In this document: one piece after another, positions 19,666 through 28,603 of the stretch | Position numbering within the stretch: position 1 is the stretch's first letter | Layout of the letters: the number at the start of each line of letters is the position of its first letter | Assembly (NCBI GenBank): GCA_001818495.1 | Contig: MHKS01000004.1 | Coordinates: 84,657-148,656 of the forward strand | Source of the DNA: Candidatus Komeilibacteria bacterium RIFOXYD1_FULL_37_29 | GTDB taxonomy: Bacteria > Patescibacteriota > Patescibacteriia > UBA1558 > GWA2-36-10 | Length of the DNA stretch: 64,000 nucleotides | Reading direction: 5' to 3' | Notes under the pieces: model-generated | What the model saw: the letters and a program-made list of their open reading frames with translations, nothing else | Told to the model about the DNA's origin: nothing | Databases searched by the model: none | Position numbers and translations under genes: made by a program

Positions 19666-19741
19666 GTCCTCGTAGCTCAATGGATAGAGCGTTTGGTTGC
19701 GGTCCAAAAGGTTGCAGGTTCGATTCCTGCCGGGGACGCCA
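19666..19741 (+). tRNA. tRNA-Arg (anticodon reads GCG)
   Basis: Begins immediately after tRNA-Ser. Acceptor GTCCTCG/CGGGGAC with one G-U pair, anticodon stem TTTGG/CCAAA, loop TTGCGGT, T-loop TTCGATT, CCA encoded. Confidence 0.65.
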
Positions 19742-19755
19742 TTTATTTAATTTTT

Positions 19756-19846
19756 GGAGAGGTGCCTGAGTGGTTGAAAGGGGCACCCTGCTAAGGTGTT
19801 ACTCCGTTTTTCGGGGTCGAGGGTTCGAATCCCTCCCTCTCCGCCA
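19756..19846 (+). tRNA. tRNA-Ser (anticodon GCT), long variable arm
   Basis: Acceptor GGAGAGG/CCTCTCC, anticodon loop CTGCTAA, long variable arm, T-loop TTCGAAT, CCA encoded. Confidence 0.85.
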
Positions 19847-19865
19847 TAATTTATTTTTTACTCTA

Positions 19866-19887
19866 CTGCCCTAAAAGGCGGTTTTTT
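19866..19887 (+). terminator. Weak intrinsic terminator after the tRNA cluster
   Basis: CTGCC/GGCGG stem (one G-U) followed by TTTTTT. Confidence 0.35.
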
Positions 19888-19901
19888 GTTATAATATTAA
19901 T

Positions 19902-20498
19902 ATGTTTATTAAATCCCACAATCTTCATAAATTACTTATCACTTCCTATGGCGTATCGACCTTTTCCGAAGGATTTTTGATGCCTATTTATGCCATATTT
20001 GTGCAAGGAATTGGTGGGGATATTTTGGAAGCGTCGGCGGCCATTTCTATATTTTTATTGGTATCAGGACTGACTACTATTTTTATTCATCGTTCTGCTT
20101 GGAGTGAAAAACATCGGGTTAAATTATTGGTTTATGGTTGGCTACTTTGGGCCATTGGTATTGGCGGTTATTTTTTTATTGTTGATACTTACACTTTATT
20201 TGCCGTACAAGTTATTGTGGCCTTGGGTAATGCTATTGCTGACCCAGCTTTTAGCGCTGAGTTGGATGATAATATCAATAAAAATAAAAAATCTTATTCC
20301 TGGGGAGTTTTTCAAGGCATTCAAGATATAGCCAACAGTATTGCCGCTATCGCTGGCGGTCTGATCGCCAGCTTGTTTGGTTTTCGCGTTTTGATAGCTT
20401 TTATGTTTGCTACTGCCACTTTGTCTTTTCTGATAATTTTATATTATGTTAAAATAAAGAATAGAAATTGGTTGGACAAACTTATTCATAATAATTAA
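19902..20498 (+). CDS. Half-size (6-TM) MFS-like transporter fragment, possible pseudogene or remnant
   Basis: 198 aa with six TM helices, resembling the C-terminal half of a 12-TM MFS transporter. It lies directly next to the tRNA cluster. Confidence 0.35.
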   Translation: MFIKSHNLHKLLITSYGVSTFSEGFLMPIYAIFVQGIGGDILEASAAISIFLLVSGLTTIFIHRSAWSEKHRVKLLVYGWLLWAIGIGGYFFIVDTYTLFAVQVIVALGNAIADPAFSAELDDNINKNKKSYSWGVFQGIQDIANSIAAIAGGLIASLFGFRVLIAFMFATATLSFLIILYYVKIKNRNWLDKLIHNN

Positions 20499-20511
20499 TA
20501 AAATAAAAATT

Positions 20512-20688
20512 ATGTCAAAAAATGCTTGTGGAGCCGGTGGTGCTATTTATGGTTTGGGTTTTATCGGGGCGGTTATTTATTATATTCAGCACGCCGATTC
20601 TTTTACCATGGGGTTAGTCGGCTTTTTAAAAGCCATAGTTTGGCCAGCTTTTCTGATGTATAAATTATTGGAATTTTTCCAAATGTAA
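20512..20688 (+). CDS. Small (58 aa) two-TM membrane peptide
   Basis: Below the ORF-track cutoff. Reads MSKNACGAGGAIYGLGFIGAVIYYIQ... Hydrophobic. Confidence 0.3.
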   Translation: MSKNACGAGGAIYGLGFIGAVIYYIQHADSFTMGLVGFLKAIVWPAFLMYKLLEFFQM

Positions 20689-20706
20689 ATACTGGTCAAA
20701 ATTATT

Positions 20707-21447
20707 TTAATTATTTTTGGCTAAGACTAGGCAAATTATATTGGAATAATTATTTTTCGTCAATACTTTGGCGGCTTGATTTAAAGTAGCCCCAGTTGAG
20801 GTGACATCATCGATTAGTAGGATTTGGGAGCAGTGCCGCATTTGTAGTGGCACTGTTTTTTGGTTTATTTCAAAAATATCTAAGACATTTTTTTGCCGAG
20901 CGATTTTATTTAATTTTGCTTGTGGTGGATTATTTTTGGTTCTGATTAAAAGAGGAGAGTAAGGCCGATTTAATCGCTTGGCTAATTTTTTAGCCAACAG
21001 CTCTGTCTGGTCAAAACCACGTTTTCTTTTTTTGTTTTGATGGAGTGGTATATTGACTATGATGGTATCTTTTCCCAAGGCCAAGTGTCGAGCTTGCTTT
21101 TCCAGTATATCTATCAGTGGTTCAGCCATGTTTTCCAAATAATTGTATTTATAGTTTTTTATTAATTTTTGGACGAGCTGGTTTTGGTAATCACAAGAAG
21201 AGTAGCAGGCTTTAAAATAGGTTTTTTCTTGGTCTGGCCAGTAAATGGCTTTTGGCTCGCTTAAGATAATATCATTTAAACAAAAACCACAGCAGAGTGA
21301 TCCTTCACTGTGACAGCCCAGGCAAAATTGTGGCCAAATAAAATCTAAGAGTATTTTAAAAACCTTTTTAATGTAAAATAAAAAGGTTTTTACATCGCTT
21401 TTTCCCGCGTACCGGGATCCCGCTTCGCGGGGCTTCCTTCCTATCAT
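20707..21447 (-). CDS. comF: ComF family competence protein (phosphoribosyltransferase-fold, N-terminal zinc ribbon)
   Basis: Double zinc-ribbon CLGC...CCGFC followed by the PRTase motif LLIDDVTSTGATL. Confidence 0.8.
   Translation of the reverse strand: MIGRKPREAGSRYAGKSDVKTFLFYIKKVFKILLDFIWPQFCLGCHSEGSLCCGFCLNDIILSEPKAIYWPDQEKTYFKACYSSCDYQNQLVQKLIKNYKYNYLENMAEPLIDILEKQARHLALGKDTIIVNIPLHQNKKRKRGFDQTELLAKKLAKRLNRPYSPLLIRTKNNPPQAKLNKIARQKNVLDIFEINQKTVPLQMRHCSQILLIDDVTSTGATLNQAAKVLTKNNYSNIICLVLAKNN
21404..21431. repeat. G+C-rich near-perfect palindrome CCCGCG-TAC-CGGGATCCCG-CTT-CGCGGG inside the comF 5' coding end
   Basis: Read directly from the sequence. It encodes the first residues of ComF, 6-40 nt downstream of the clpC stop. 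An A/T-rich 9-bp hairpin flanks it at 21362..21390. Confidence 0.5.
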
Positions 21448-21453
21448 TTAAAT

Positions 21454-23925
21454 TTAGCTAATACTTATTTTATTTTTTTCTAGGGATATTTTTAGTTGTT
21501 TAAAATTTTTATTCAGTAGGTTTTGGGCCAAGATATTGGCCAGATGTTGATCAACCAGTCTTTTGATACTCCGAGCGCCTTCTTTTAAGACATCTTTTTG
21601 TCCCAGTAAGTGGGGGATTATCTTAGAATCTATGACTACACTTACTCCTTGCTCGCTGAGACGCTCACTGATTAAAGATAATTCTTTTTTCAGGATTTTT
21701 TTGGCTGCCACCTGATCGAGCGGTTCAAAGACTACAATATCATCTAAACGGTTGGTAAATTCCGGAGGAAAATGTTTGGACAGAGAAGACAATATTTCCT
21801 GGGTTTTTTTGTAAAAATTTTCTTTGTGTTCATCAGTGGCAAAACCCATGACTGCTTCTTGGTTGAAAATACTTAGGCCAATATTGGAAGTCATGATGAT
21901 GATGCAGTTTCTAAAATTGACTGTTTTACCAGTGGCATCGGTCAGTTCACCTTCTTCCAAAATAGGCAAAAGCAGATTAAAGACATCGGGATGGGCTTTT
22001 TCTATTTCATCAAATAATACCAAGCTATAGGGCTTGTTTTTGACTAAATCAGTCAATTTATTACCTTCCCGATAACCCACATAACCGGCCGGAGAGCCGA
22101 TCAATTTGGAGATATTGAATTTTTCAGAAAACTCTGACATATCAATACGCAATAGATTTTTTTCTCCACCAAAAATGTGTTTGGCGATTTCTTTGGCCAT
22201 GGCGGTTTTGCCTACGCCACTGGGCCCCAAAAACATAAAAGAAGCCAGGGGTTTATTTTTATCGTTTAAGCCAGCTTTAGCTTTTCGGATAGTATGAGAG
22301 ATTTTGGCCAAGGCTTTGTCTTGCCCAAAAATATTTTGGCCGATTTTATTTTCCAAATTTAATAATTGTTTGTTTTCGCCGACAGTAATAGAAGATAGGG
22401 GGATACCAGTTATTTTTGACAATACATCTCTGATGTCTTCTGCACTTATTCGGCCAAACTTTTTATTGATTGTTTTATCCTGTTGAGCCTTTGTTCGTAA
22501 AAGTCTTTCTAAAATTTCTTCTTCTTTGGCCTTGTGACCAGTAGCTTCTAGATACTTTTCCGATAAAATAGCTTGTTTTTTATCAGTTTGAGCTTGATTT
22601 AGCTCATCTTGCAGACTTTTGATTTTTTTAAGCAATCCTTGTTTGGTTTTTTTAACGCGCAAACGAGCAGCGGCTTCATCTATCAGGTCAATGGCTTTAT
22701 CCGGCAATTTTTTGTCCGGTAAAAATCTTTTGCTTAGCTCCACAGCGGCTTTTATAGCCTGGTCATCTATGATGACATTGTGAAATTTTTCGTAGTTTTC
22801 TCTCAGGCCTTTTAATATTTGTTGAGTTTCATCCTCGGATGATTCCTCAATAATAATGGCTTGAAATCTTCTCTCTAGTGCTTTGTCGCTTTCTATATGT
22901 TTTTTGTACTCTTCAAAAGTAGTCGCCCCAATACACCTTAGCTGTCCGCGAGACAGCGCTGGTTTTAAGATATTGGCGGCATCCAAAGAGCCAGTCGTTG
23001 CTCCAGCCCCCATGATAGTATGGAGCTCGTCGATAAACAGTATGATGTCCGGATTGTTTTTTATCTCAGCAATTACTTTTTTTAAGCGGCTTTCAAATTC
23101 ACCTCGATACATCGTGCCAGCCAAGAGGCTAGAAATATCTAGGTTCAGGATAGTTTTATTGAGTAGGACATCAGGTACTTTATTTTCTGTGATTCTTTTG
23201 GCCAGGCCTTCGATAATAGCAGTTTTTCCTACTCCAGCATCGCCCAAAAGCACTGGGTTGTTTTTGGTGCGACGAGATAATATTTCTATCAGTCGGTCTA
23301 TTTCTTTAACTCGGCCAATCACTGGATCAATATCTTTTTGGATTTCTTTACTAGTTAGATCAATAGTAAATTTTTCCAAATCATTGGTATTGGCGGGGCC
23401 TTCTTCATTGAAAATTTCTTCAATTTCTTTGAGTTCCTCCTCGCTGGTTAAATCACTGAATTTGGAAGTGCTTTTTAGTATCAGACTTAGATGTTGTTTA
23501 AGACTTTGAGTGTTCACTTTGGCTTTTTGCAGTATCTGAGTGGTTTTTTCATCGGCGTTTTGGCTCAGCCCCCACAACAAGTGCTCAGTGCCGATATATT
23601 TGTGTTTGTGTTTGTAAGCGGTGACAACGGCTTTTTCAATTATTTTTTGTGATTCTAGAGATGGCTGGGGCATACTTTCTGGACTGATCGCTATGCTTTG
23701 ATAAGTATCAAAAGTAGCCATTTGTAGCCAGCCAAGATCTATATTTTGTTTAATCAAAATATCAGAGCCCAAAGAACCTTTGGTTTTTATCAAGGATATC
23801 AAAAGATCTTCCGGCTCAATGGCTTCGTGTTTTTTGCTAAAAGCTATATTTTGAGCGGTAATTAAAACCTGCTTAAAATGCTGGGTAAATTTATCTAATA
23901 TATTTTGAAAATTGTCACTAATCAT
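21454..23925 (-). CDS. clpC: ClpC-like AAA+ chaperone, ATP-binding subunit of Clp protease
   Basis: Two Clp_N repeats. AAA-1 Walker A GDAGVGKTAI, AAA-2 Walker A GPSGVGKTAM. The middle domain is short, so ClpC rather than ClpB. Confidence 0.85.
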   Translation of the reverse strand: MISDNFQNILDKFTQHFKQVLITAQNIAFSKKHEAIEPEDLLISLIKTKGSLGSDILIKQNIDLGWLQMATFDTYQSIAISPESMPQPSLESQKIIEKAVVTAYKHKHKYIGTEHLLWGLSQNADEKTTQILQKAKVNTQSLKQHLSLILKSTSKFSDLTSEEELKEIEEIFNEEGPANTNDLEKFTIDLTSKEIQKDIDPVIGRVKEIDRLIEILSRRTKNNPVLLGDAGVGKTAIIEGLAKRITENKVPDVLLNKTILNLDISSLLAGTMYRGEFESRLKKVIAEIKNNPDIILFIDELHTIMGAGATTGSLDAANILKPALSRGQLRCIGATTFEEYKKHIESDKALERRFQAIIIEESSEDETQQILKGLRENYEKFHNVIIDDQAIKAAVELSKRFLPDKKLPDKAIDLIDEAAARLRVKKTKQGLLKKIKSLQDELNQAQTDKKQAILSEKYLEATGHKAKEEEILERLLRTKAQQDKTINKKFGRISAEDIRDVLSKITGIPLSSITVGENKQLLNLENKIGQNIFGQDKALAKISHTIRKAKAGLNDKNKPLASFMFLGPSGVGKTAMAKEIAKHIFGGEKNLLRIDMSEFSEKFNISKLIGSPAGYVGYREGNKLTDLVKNKPYSLVLFDEIEKAHPDVFNLLLPILEEGELTDATGKTVNFRNCIIIMTSNIGLSIFNQEAVMGFATDEHKENFYKKTQEILSSLSKHFPPEFTNRLDDIVVFEPLDQVAAKKILKKELSLISERLSEQGVSVVIDSKIIPHLLGQKDVLKEGARSIKRLVDQHLANILAQNLLNKNFKQLKISLEKNKISIS

Positions 23926-23931
23926 AATGTT

Positions 23932-24807
23932 TTACATACTACGTAAAGCTTTGATTCTTTCGGCTATTGGTGGGTGAGTAGAAAATAATTTTGACAGGCC
24001 ACTGTTTTTAAAGGGATTAGAAATATACAAATGAGCTGTAGCTTTATTGGCTTTTTTAAGGGGCATGTTTTGGGTTGATATTTTTTCCAGCGCTTTAGCC
24101 AACCCTTCGGGATAGCGGGTAAGTAATGTTCCAGAAGCGTCGGCTAAAAATTCTCTTTTTCTAGATACAGCCAGCTGGATGAGCTTGGCAAAAAGCGGAG
24201 ACAAGATAGCCAAGACAATACCCACTAGCACCAAAATATTGCCTTTGTTGTTGTTATCGCTACGGCTATGACCTCTAAAAATAAAACTGCGCATCATCCA
24301 ATCAGCCAAAAGAGTAATAATGCCCACACAGACAATCACTACCATCATCAGTCGGATATCATAATTTTTGACATGAGAAAGCTCATGAGCAATCACACCT
24401 TCTAGCTCTTCGTTGGCCAAATTGTTGATCAGACCTCTGGTGACAGCAATAGAGGAGTGCTCCGGATCGCGGCCAGTAGCAAAAGCATTCATCGCTTCAT
24501 CTTCTATAATATACAATTTGGGCATAGTGACGCCAGCAGTGATGCTCAAGTTTTCTACCATCCGCCAGAGATAAGGATTGTCCTCTTTGCTTATTGCTTT
24601 GGCTCCAGCGGCGCTTAAAGCTATTTTATCTCCGGCAAAAAAACTGACAAGACTCAGTCCAGTAGCCATGATAGTAGCCGGGATGACCATATAATAGCCA
24701 CTTTGTGAATACTGGCTCCAAGCCCAGACCAAGCCAGCAATAATTACGACAAAAAGGATCATTAGAGCCAGACTTTTTCGTTTGTTGCTGTCTATTTGTG
24801 TATACAT
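23932..24807 (-). CDS. htpX: Zinc metalloprotease HtpX (M48 family)
   Basis: HELSH zinc motif, N-terminal TM helices, 291 aa. Confidence 0.85.
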   Translation of the reverse strand: MYTQIDSNKRKSLALMILFVVIIAGLVWAWSQYSQSGYYMVIPATIMATGLSLVSFFAGDKIALSAAGAKAISKEDNPYLWRMVENLSITAGVTMPKLYIIEDEAMNAFATGRDPEHSSIAVTRGLINNLANEELEGVIAHELSHVKNYDIRLMMVVIVCVGIITLLADWMMRSFIFRGHSRSDNNNKGNILVLVGIVLAILSPLFAKLIQLAVSRKREFLADASGTLLTRYPEGLAKALEKISTQNMPLKKANKATAHLYISNPFKNSGLSKLFSTHPPIAERIKALRSM

Positions 24808-24863
24808 TTGTTTATTTTATTGATTAGTTTTTATCAACTTAATATAACAATATCGGTCTTTGT

Positions 24864-24917
24864 TTGTCAATTAAATTTAGTTAATATATTGACAAAATTT
24901 ATTTAATAATGTATAAT
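24864..24917. promoter_or_regulatory. Divergent promoter region: 8-bp inverted repeat TTGTCAAT-16-ATTGACAA, plus-strand TTGACA-17-TATAAT consensus
   Basis: The plus-strand promoter is a perfect consensus (TTGACA 24889..24894, TATAAT 24912..24917) driving the ORF at 24980. The mirrored TTGACA on the minus strand faces htpX. Confidence 0.5.
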
Positions 24918-24979
24918 ATTTTGAATTTATGAACTTTATATCAGCAAGGTTAATAACAATAGAAACTAGGAGGTTGATC

Positions 24980-25246
24980 ATGGCAAAAACTAGACAGACT
25001 CACGGATTTGTTTTGGAGGAAGCAGGTGGTATTATTGTGTCAATAACACTTAGTTTTGGAGGGCGAAAAATTTCTATTGGAGACACAGTGACTTCTAATG
25101 GTCGCATGACCAAGAAGGGCCGTCAAGGAAAAGTAGTGACTATCGAAGAGCCGTTCACCAACGGCAGAACCACCGATGTTATTGAGGTTGATTTTGGCAA
25201 CAAAATCAGTAATCTGAAATTCAAGGATTTGGATTTCGGCATTTGA
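24980..25246 (+). CDS. Small hypothetical protein (88 aa)
   Basis: AGGAGG at 24969..24974, 5 nt before this ATG. The ORF-track start at 24929 lacks an RBS. No motif. Confidence 0.45.
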   Translation: MAKTRQTHGFVLEEAGGIIVSITLSFGGRKISIGDTVTSNGRMTKKGRQGKVVTIEEPFTNGRTTDVIEVDFGNKISNLKFKDLDFGI

Positions 25247-25267
25247 TACCAGATCACCAACAAGACA

Positions 25268-25301
25268 AAAGGGCTGTCGCTTTAAACAACGGCCCTTTTT
25301 T
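25268..25301. terminator. Bidirectional intrinsic terminator
   Basis: AAAGGGC/GCCCTTT stem then TTTTTT, between convergent genes. Confidence 0.55.
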
Positions 25302-25322
25302 ATTTAGTAATTTATTAGAGTC

Positions 25323-25880
25323 TTAAAATTTTACCTGTACATTGGCCTTTTCTTTTTCATCTCCAATAGCAAAGAAATCCCAAGCTTTGAAGTTTAGCAT
25401 ACCGGCAATCAGGTTGTTGGGGAAAACTTCAATTTTGGTATTAAAGTCGCGGACCTGTCCGTTATAAAATCTACGAGCGGCTTGAATTTTATTTTCCGTA
25501 TCAGAAATTTCATCTTGTAGTTGTAAAAAGTTTTGAGAAGCTTTTAGGTCCGGATAGTTTTCGGCTACGGCAAATAAACTTTTTAAAGTTTCAGACAACA
25601 TATTTTCGGCCTGGCCTTTTTCTGCTATACCCTGAGCTTGCATAGCACTGGCGCGGGCTTGAGTTACCTTGGTCAGTACGCCTTCTTCGTGTTTCATATA
25701 ACCTTTGACCGTTTCCATCAAATTGGGTATCAAATCATAGCGGCGTTTAAGCTGGACATCGATATCTGACCAGGCCTCTTTAACCCGATTTTTGAGCCTA
25801 ATCAGGCTGTTGTAGACGCCTATTAACCAGATAACTATCAGGGCTACGGCTACTAGGATGACAATAAGAGCTTTATTCAT
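25323..25880 (-). CDS. lemA: LemA family membrane protein
   Basis: N-terminal TM then the LemA core (YNSLIRLKNRVKEAWSDIDVQLKRRYDLIPNL). Confidence 0.85.
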   Translation of the reverse strand: MNKALIVILVAVALIVIWLIGVYNSLIRLKNRVKEAWSDIDVQLKRRYDLIPNLMETVKGYMKHEEGVLTKVTQARASAMQAQGIAEKGQAENMLSETLKSLFAVAENYPDLKASQNFLQLQDEISDTENKIQAARRFYNGQVRDFNTKIEVFPNNLIAGMLNFKAWDFFAIGDEKEKANVQVKF

Positions 25881-26016
25881 AGTTTTAATTTAATTATTTA
25901 ATCAACCCTTTAATTTTACTAGATTGCCATTTTTTTAGCAAATCAATGGGAGCTATTATCATAGTTGTTAAAATGTGTTATAATAAATTTAGTTTAAAAA
26001 TATATAAAATAAAATT

Positions 26017-28470
26017 ATGTTTAAAAGAATTAGTAATTGGCAACTATCTTTCATAATAGCCATTGTATCAATCTGTAGTCTAGTGTTGATACAGCAATAT
26101 GTCATCGCTCAAAGTGGTTGGGTGGATCCAGATACTTTACCAGGTGTTACTCCTAGTAATGTTTTTGTGGTCAATCCTTTGGCCTCTGATTTGCAGTTAA
26201 ATAATCATAATATTTTAGGTAGTAATATGGTTATTGATGGTTCGGCCAATCTAAATGCGGTGACCCTAACTGGCGGTCGAAAGATCTGTTTGTCTGGTAC
26301 TTGTAGAGATACTTGGCCGGTAGTAACGGGCGGTATTACTGGTGGGGGAACAGTAGAGAAGATAGCAAAATTTACTGGTGCTAGCGCTATCGGAGATTCT
26401 ACCATCGAACACAGAGGTAATAGTATTTATGCATTTAATTCTGGTTTTAGTACTTCGGGTTTAATCTTGGGTGGAGGATCAGTAGATCCTCTACAAATAT
26501 ATGGTATGAATAATTTTAGTACTTCTAATCTTGTGTATTTGTCTATCTCTGGAGCCGCTGTGCCTTCAAGTGGAAATGCTATTAATATATTGAATGATGG
26601 CCATGGTAGTGGTTTAATTATTAATAATTCTAGAGCCACCAATATTAAAGAGGGTATTAATATAACTAATGGTGGTTTGGGTAATGGTTTAGTTGTCACC
26701 CAAAATAATCCGACTCCTGGTGCTGCCACTGGTCGACCTTTTCGTGTTAATGATGATAATGCTTCTGATAATACTCCTTTTGTTGTAGATTGGGAGGGTA
26801 AAGTTGGTATTGGAACGGTTAGTCCTAATAAGAATTTACACATTCAAACCGCTTCTGGCAATGCGGAAATAGATATTCAAAGTGGGGGAGTGTCTGGTAA
26901 TCATTGGGGTATTTATCATGATGCCGCTACTGATGACCTTTTCTTTTGGAAAGACGCAGCCAATCGGGTAGTTTTTACTGATAGCGGTAATATTAATTTA
27001 CAGGGATCAGTTTGTGATATTAATGGTGCTAATTGTTTTTCCGGTTCAACCAATTATTGGACTCAAGATGCTAGTTTAAACTTGTCTAGGACTAATAGTA
27101 ATGTTCACTTATTAGCTAGTGGACAAACTATGCCAGCGGCTCTAGCTTTATCTGGAACTAGAATGGTTTGGCATCCTACTAAAGCAGCTCTTAGAATTGG
27201 AGGAATTGGTGCCTCTGGGGCTACAAAATGGAGTGAGACCAACATTGGAAATTATTCACTTGTTTTTGGTCTAGATAGTAGAGCTAGTGGTCTTTACTCG
27301 GCAGTACTTAGTGGTAATGCCAATAATTCTGATGCTGAAGCTAGTGTTGTGGCTGGAGGTAGACAAAATCAGGTAGCCGCTTTTGCTTTGGAGGGTGCGG
27401 TAGTTGGTGGAGGAGCAAATCAGGTTAATGGTCAGGGTGGGTTTATTGGTGGTGGAAATCAAAACATAACCTCTGGTAGTTATTCAGTGCTCAGTGGAGG
27501 TATTAGTAATAGATTAATGGGTACAGGTAGTGTTATTGGTGGTGGTGGATGGAACATCGCAACAACTAGTTATTCTGTTATTGGTGGTGGCCAACAAAAT
27601 GGTGTCAATGGGCAACATGGAGTTGTTGGTGGCGGTTATTTAAACATAGTATCGTCAGCTCAAAGTACCATTAGTGGTGGTTGGAACAATAGTATTAGTG
27701 GTCCGATTGGAACCATCGGTGGCGGAAAGGATAATTTAATATTACTAGAAGGTCAATTAAGCACTATCGGGGGAGGTACAAGTAATAATATCAGCGCTGA
27801 TTATGTAGCTATAGCCGGCGGACAAAGTAATACTGTTAGTGGTGATTTTGGAGCCATTGGAGGTGGTAGTTTAAATAGTGTCAGTGGTATTTTTTCAGTT
27901 ATTCCTGGTGGTTCTGCTAATTTGGCAGCCGGCGATTATTCTTTAGCTGCTGGCAGACATATGGAATTATCAGCTACAGCAGACAATAGTTTTGTTTGGG
28001 GAACTTCTGATACGCCGGTTTCTATCACTAGGGACAATTCCTTTATAGTATTTCCAACTAATCCAACAGGTAGTCTTCCTAGATTAGGTATTGGTACTTC
28101 TGCTCCCAACAGCACTGTCCATATCAAATCAAATAGTGGTAATGCCGAAATAGACCTACAAAGTGGCTCTAGCCCTTATTGGGGTATTTATCAAGATGAT
28201 ACGACCGACGAACTTCGCTTCTGGAATAACGGAGTCAATAAAGTGATTTTCAAGAGTAATAGTTTGGGAGTAGTTAGTGATTCGGCTGATGGGGTGGATA
28301 ATTATATTCAATTGGATAAGGTAAATGCAGTACCCCCAGTAACTGATTGTGATGAGGTAGCAGAGGAGGGTAGAATGATTTGGAAAGCGGCGGGTTTTAA
28401 TAGATTGATGATTTGTGGATACGACAGTGTCAGTGGATTATATGGTTGGAGAACTCTTTTATCTTCCTAA
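26017..28470 (+). CDS. Large secreted surface protein with YadA-head-like (Hep_Hag-type) Gly/Asn repeats and an internally duplicated ~55-aa module
   Basis: Signal peptide. Long run of repeats of the form GG.N.[VI]SG..S.I.GG. The module NLHIQTASGNAEIDIQSGG...WGIYHD..TD.L.FW occurs twice (about aa 260 and 690). A terminator follows. Confidence 0.5.
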   Translation: MFKRISNWQLSFIIAIVSICSLVLIQQYVIAQSGWVDPDTLPGVTPSNVFVVNPLASDLQLNNHNILGSNMVIDGSANLNAVTLTGGRKICLSGTCRDTWPVVTGGITGGGTVEKIAKFTGASAIGDSTIEHRGNSIYAFNSGFSTSGLILGGGSVDPLQIYGMNNFSTSNLVYLSISGAAVPSSGNAINILNDGHGSGLIINNSRATNIKEGINITNGGLGNGLVVTQNNPTPGAATGRPFRVNDDNASDNTPFVVDWEGKVGIGTVSPNKNLHIQTASGNAEIDIQSGGVSGNHWGIYHDAATDDLFFWKDAANRVVFTDSGNINLQGSVCDINGANCFSGSTNYWTQDASLNLSRTNSNVHLLASGQTMPAALALSGTRMVWHPTKAALRIGGIGASGATKWSETNIGNYSLVFGLDSRASGLYSAVLSGNANNSDAEASVVAGGRQNQVAAFALEGAVVGGGANQVNGQGGFIGGGNQNITSGSYSVLSGGISNRLMGTGSVIGGGGWNIATTSYSVIGGGQQNGVNGQHGVVGGGYLNIVSSAQSTISGGWNNSISGPIGTIGGGKDNLILLEGQLSTIGGGTSNNISADYVAIAGGQSNTVSGDFGAIGGGSLNSVSGIFSVIPGGSANLAAGDYSLAAGRHMELSATADNSFVWGTSDTPVSITRDNSFIVFPTNPTGSLPRLGIGTSAPNSTVHIKSNSGNAEIDLQSGSSPYWGIYQDDTTDELRFWNNGVNKVIFKSNSLGVVSDSADGVDNYIQLDKVNAVPPVTDCDEVAEEGRMIWKAAGFNRLMICGYDSVSGLYGWRTLLSS

Positions 28471-28483
28471 ATGATTTAAAATA

Positions 28484-28528
28484 AACCGCTACCCAAAGCT
28501 TTAGGCAAAGGGTGGCGGTTTTCTTGTT
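28484..28528 (+). terminator. Intrinsic terminator
   Basis: AACCGCTACCC/GGGTGGCGGTT stem, T-rich tail. Confidence 0.5.
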
Positions 28529-28603
28529 GGTGCATCAGCTTTTGTGGTATAATAAACATAGTAATTAAATATTTATTTATTTTTTAAGCTAGATTTATTT
28601 TAA

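Noticed and set aside
19334-19786. ORF-track CDSs 19334..19786 (-) and 19455..19769 (+)
   Set aside because: They lie entirely over the tRNA-Ser/Arg/Ser genes and their duplicated fragment, so they are spurious.
21824-23509. Plus-strand ORFs inside clpC (21824..22030, 22106..22297, 22304..22486, 22883..23509)
   Set aside because: They are antisense to a well-supported 823-aa AAA+ gene, are low-complexity (Ser/Leu-rich) and have no start context.
26017-28470. CRISPR-like periodicity in the large repeat protein gene
   Set aside because: The periodicity is at protein level (degenerate Gly/Asn heptad-like repeats) within one long ORF. There are no identical DNA direct repeats with unique spacers, and no cas genes.
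8846-28528. Shared AAAGCTTT (HindIII-containing) loop in the terminators after efp and after the 26017 gene
   Set aside because: Only three occurrences of the 8-mer in the window, about what AT-rich composition predicts. It is treated as coincidence.
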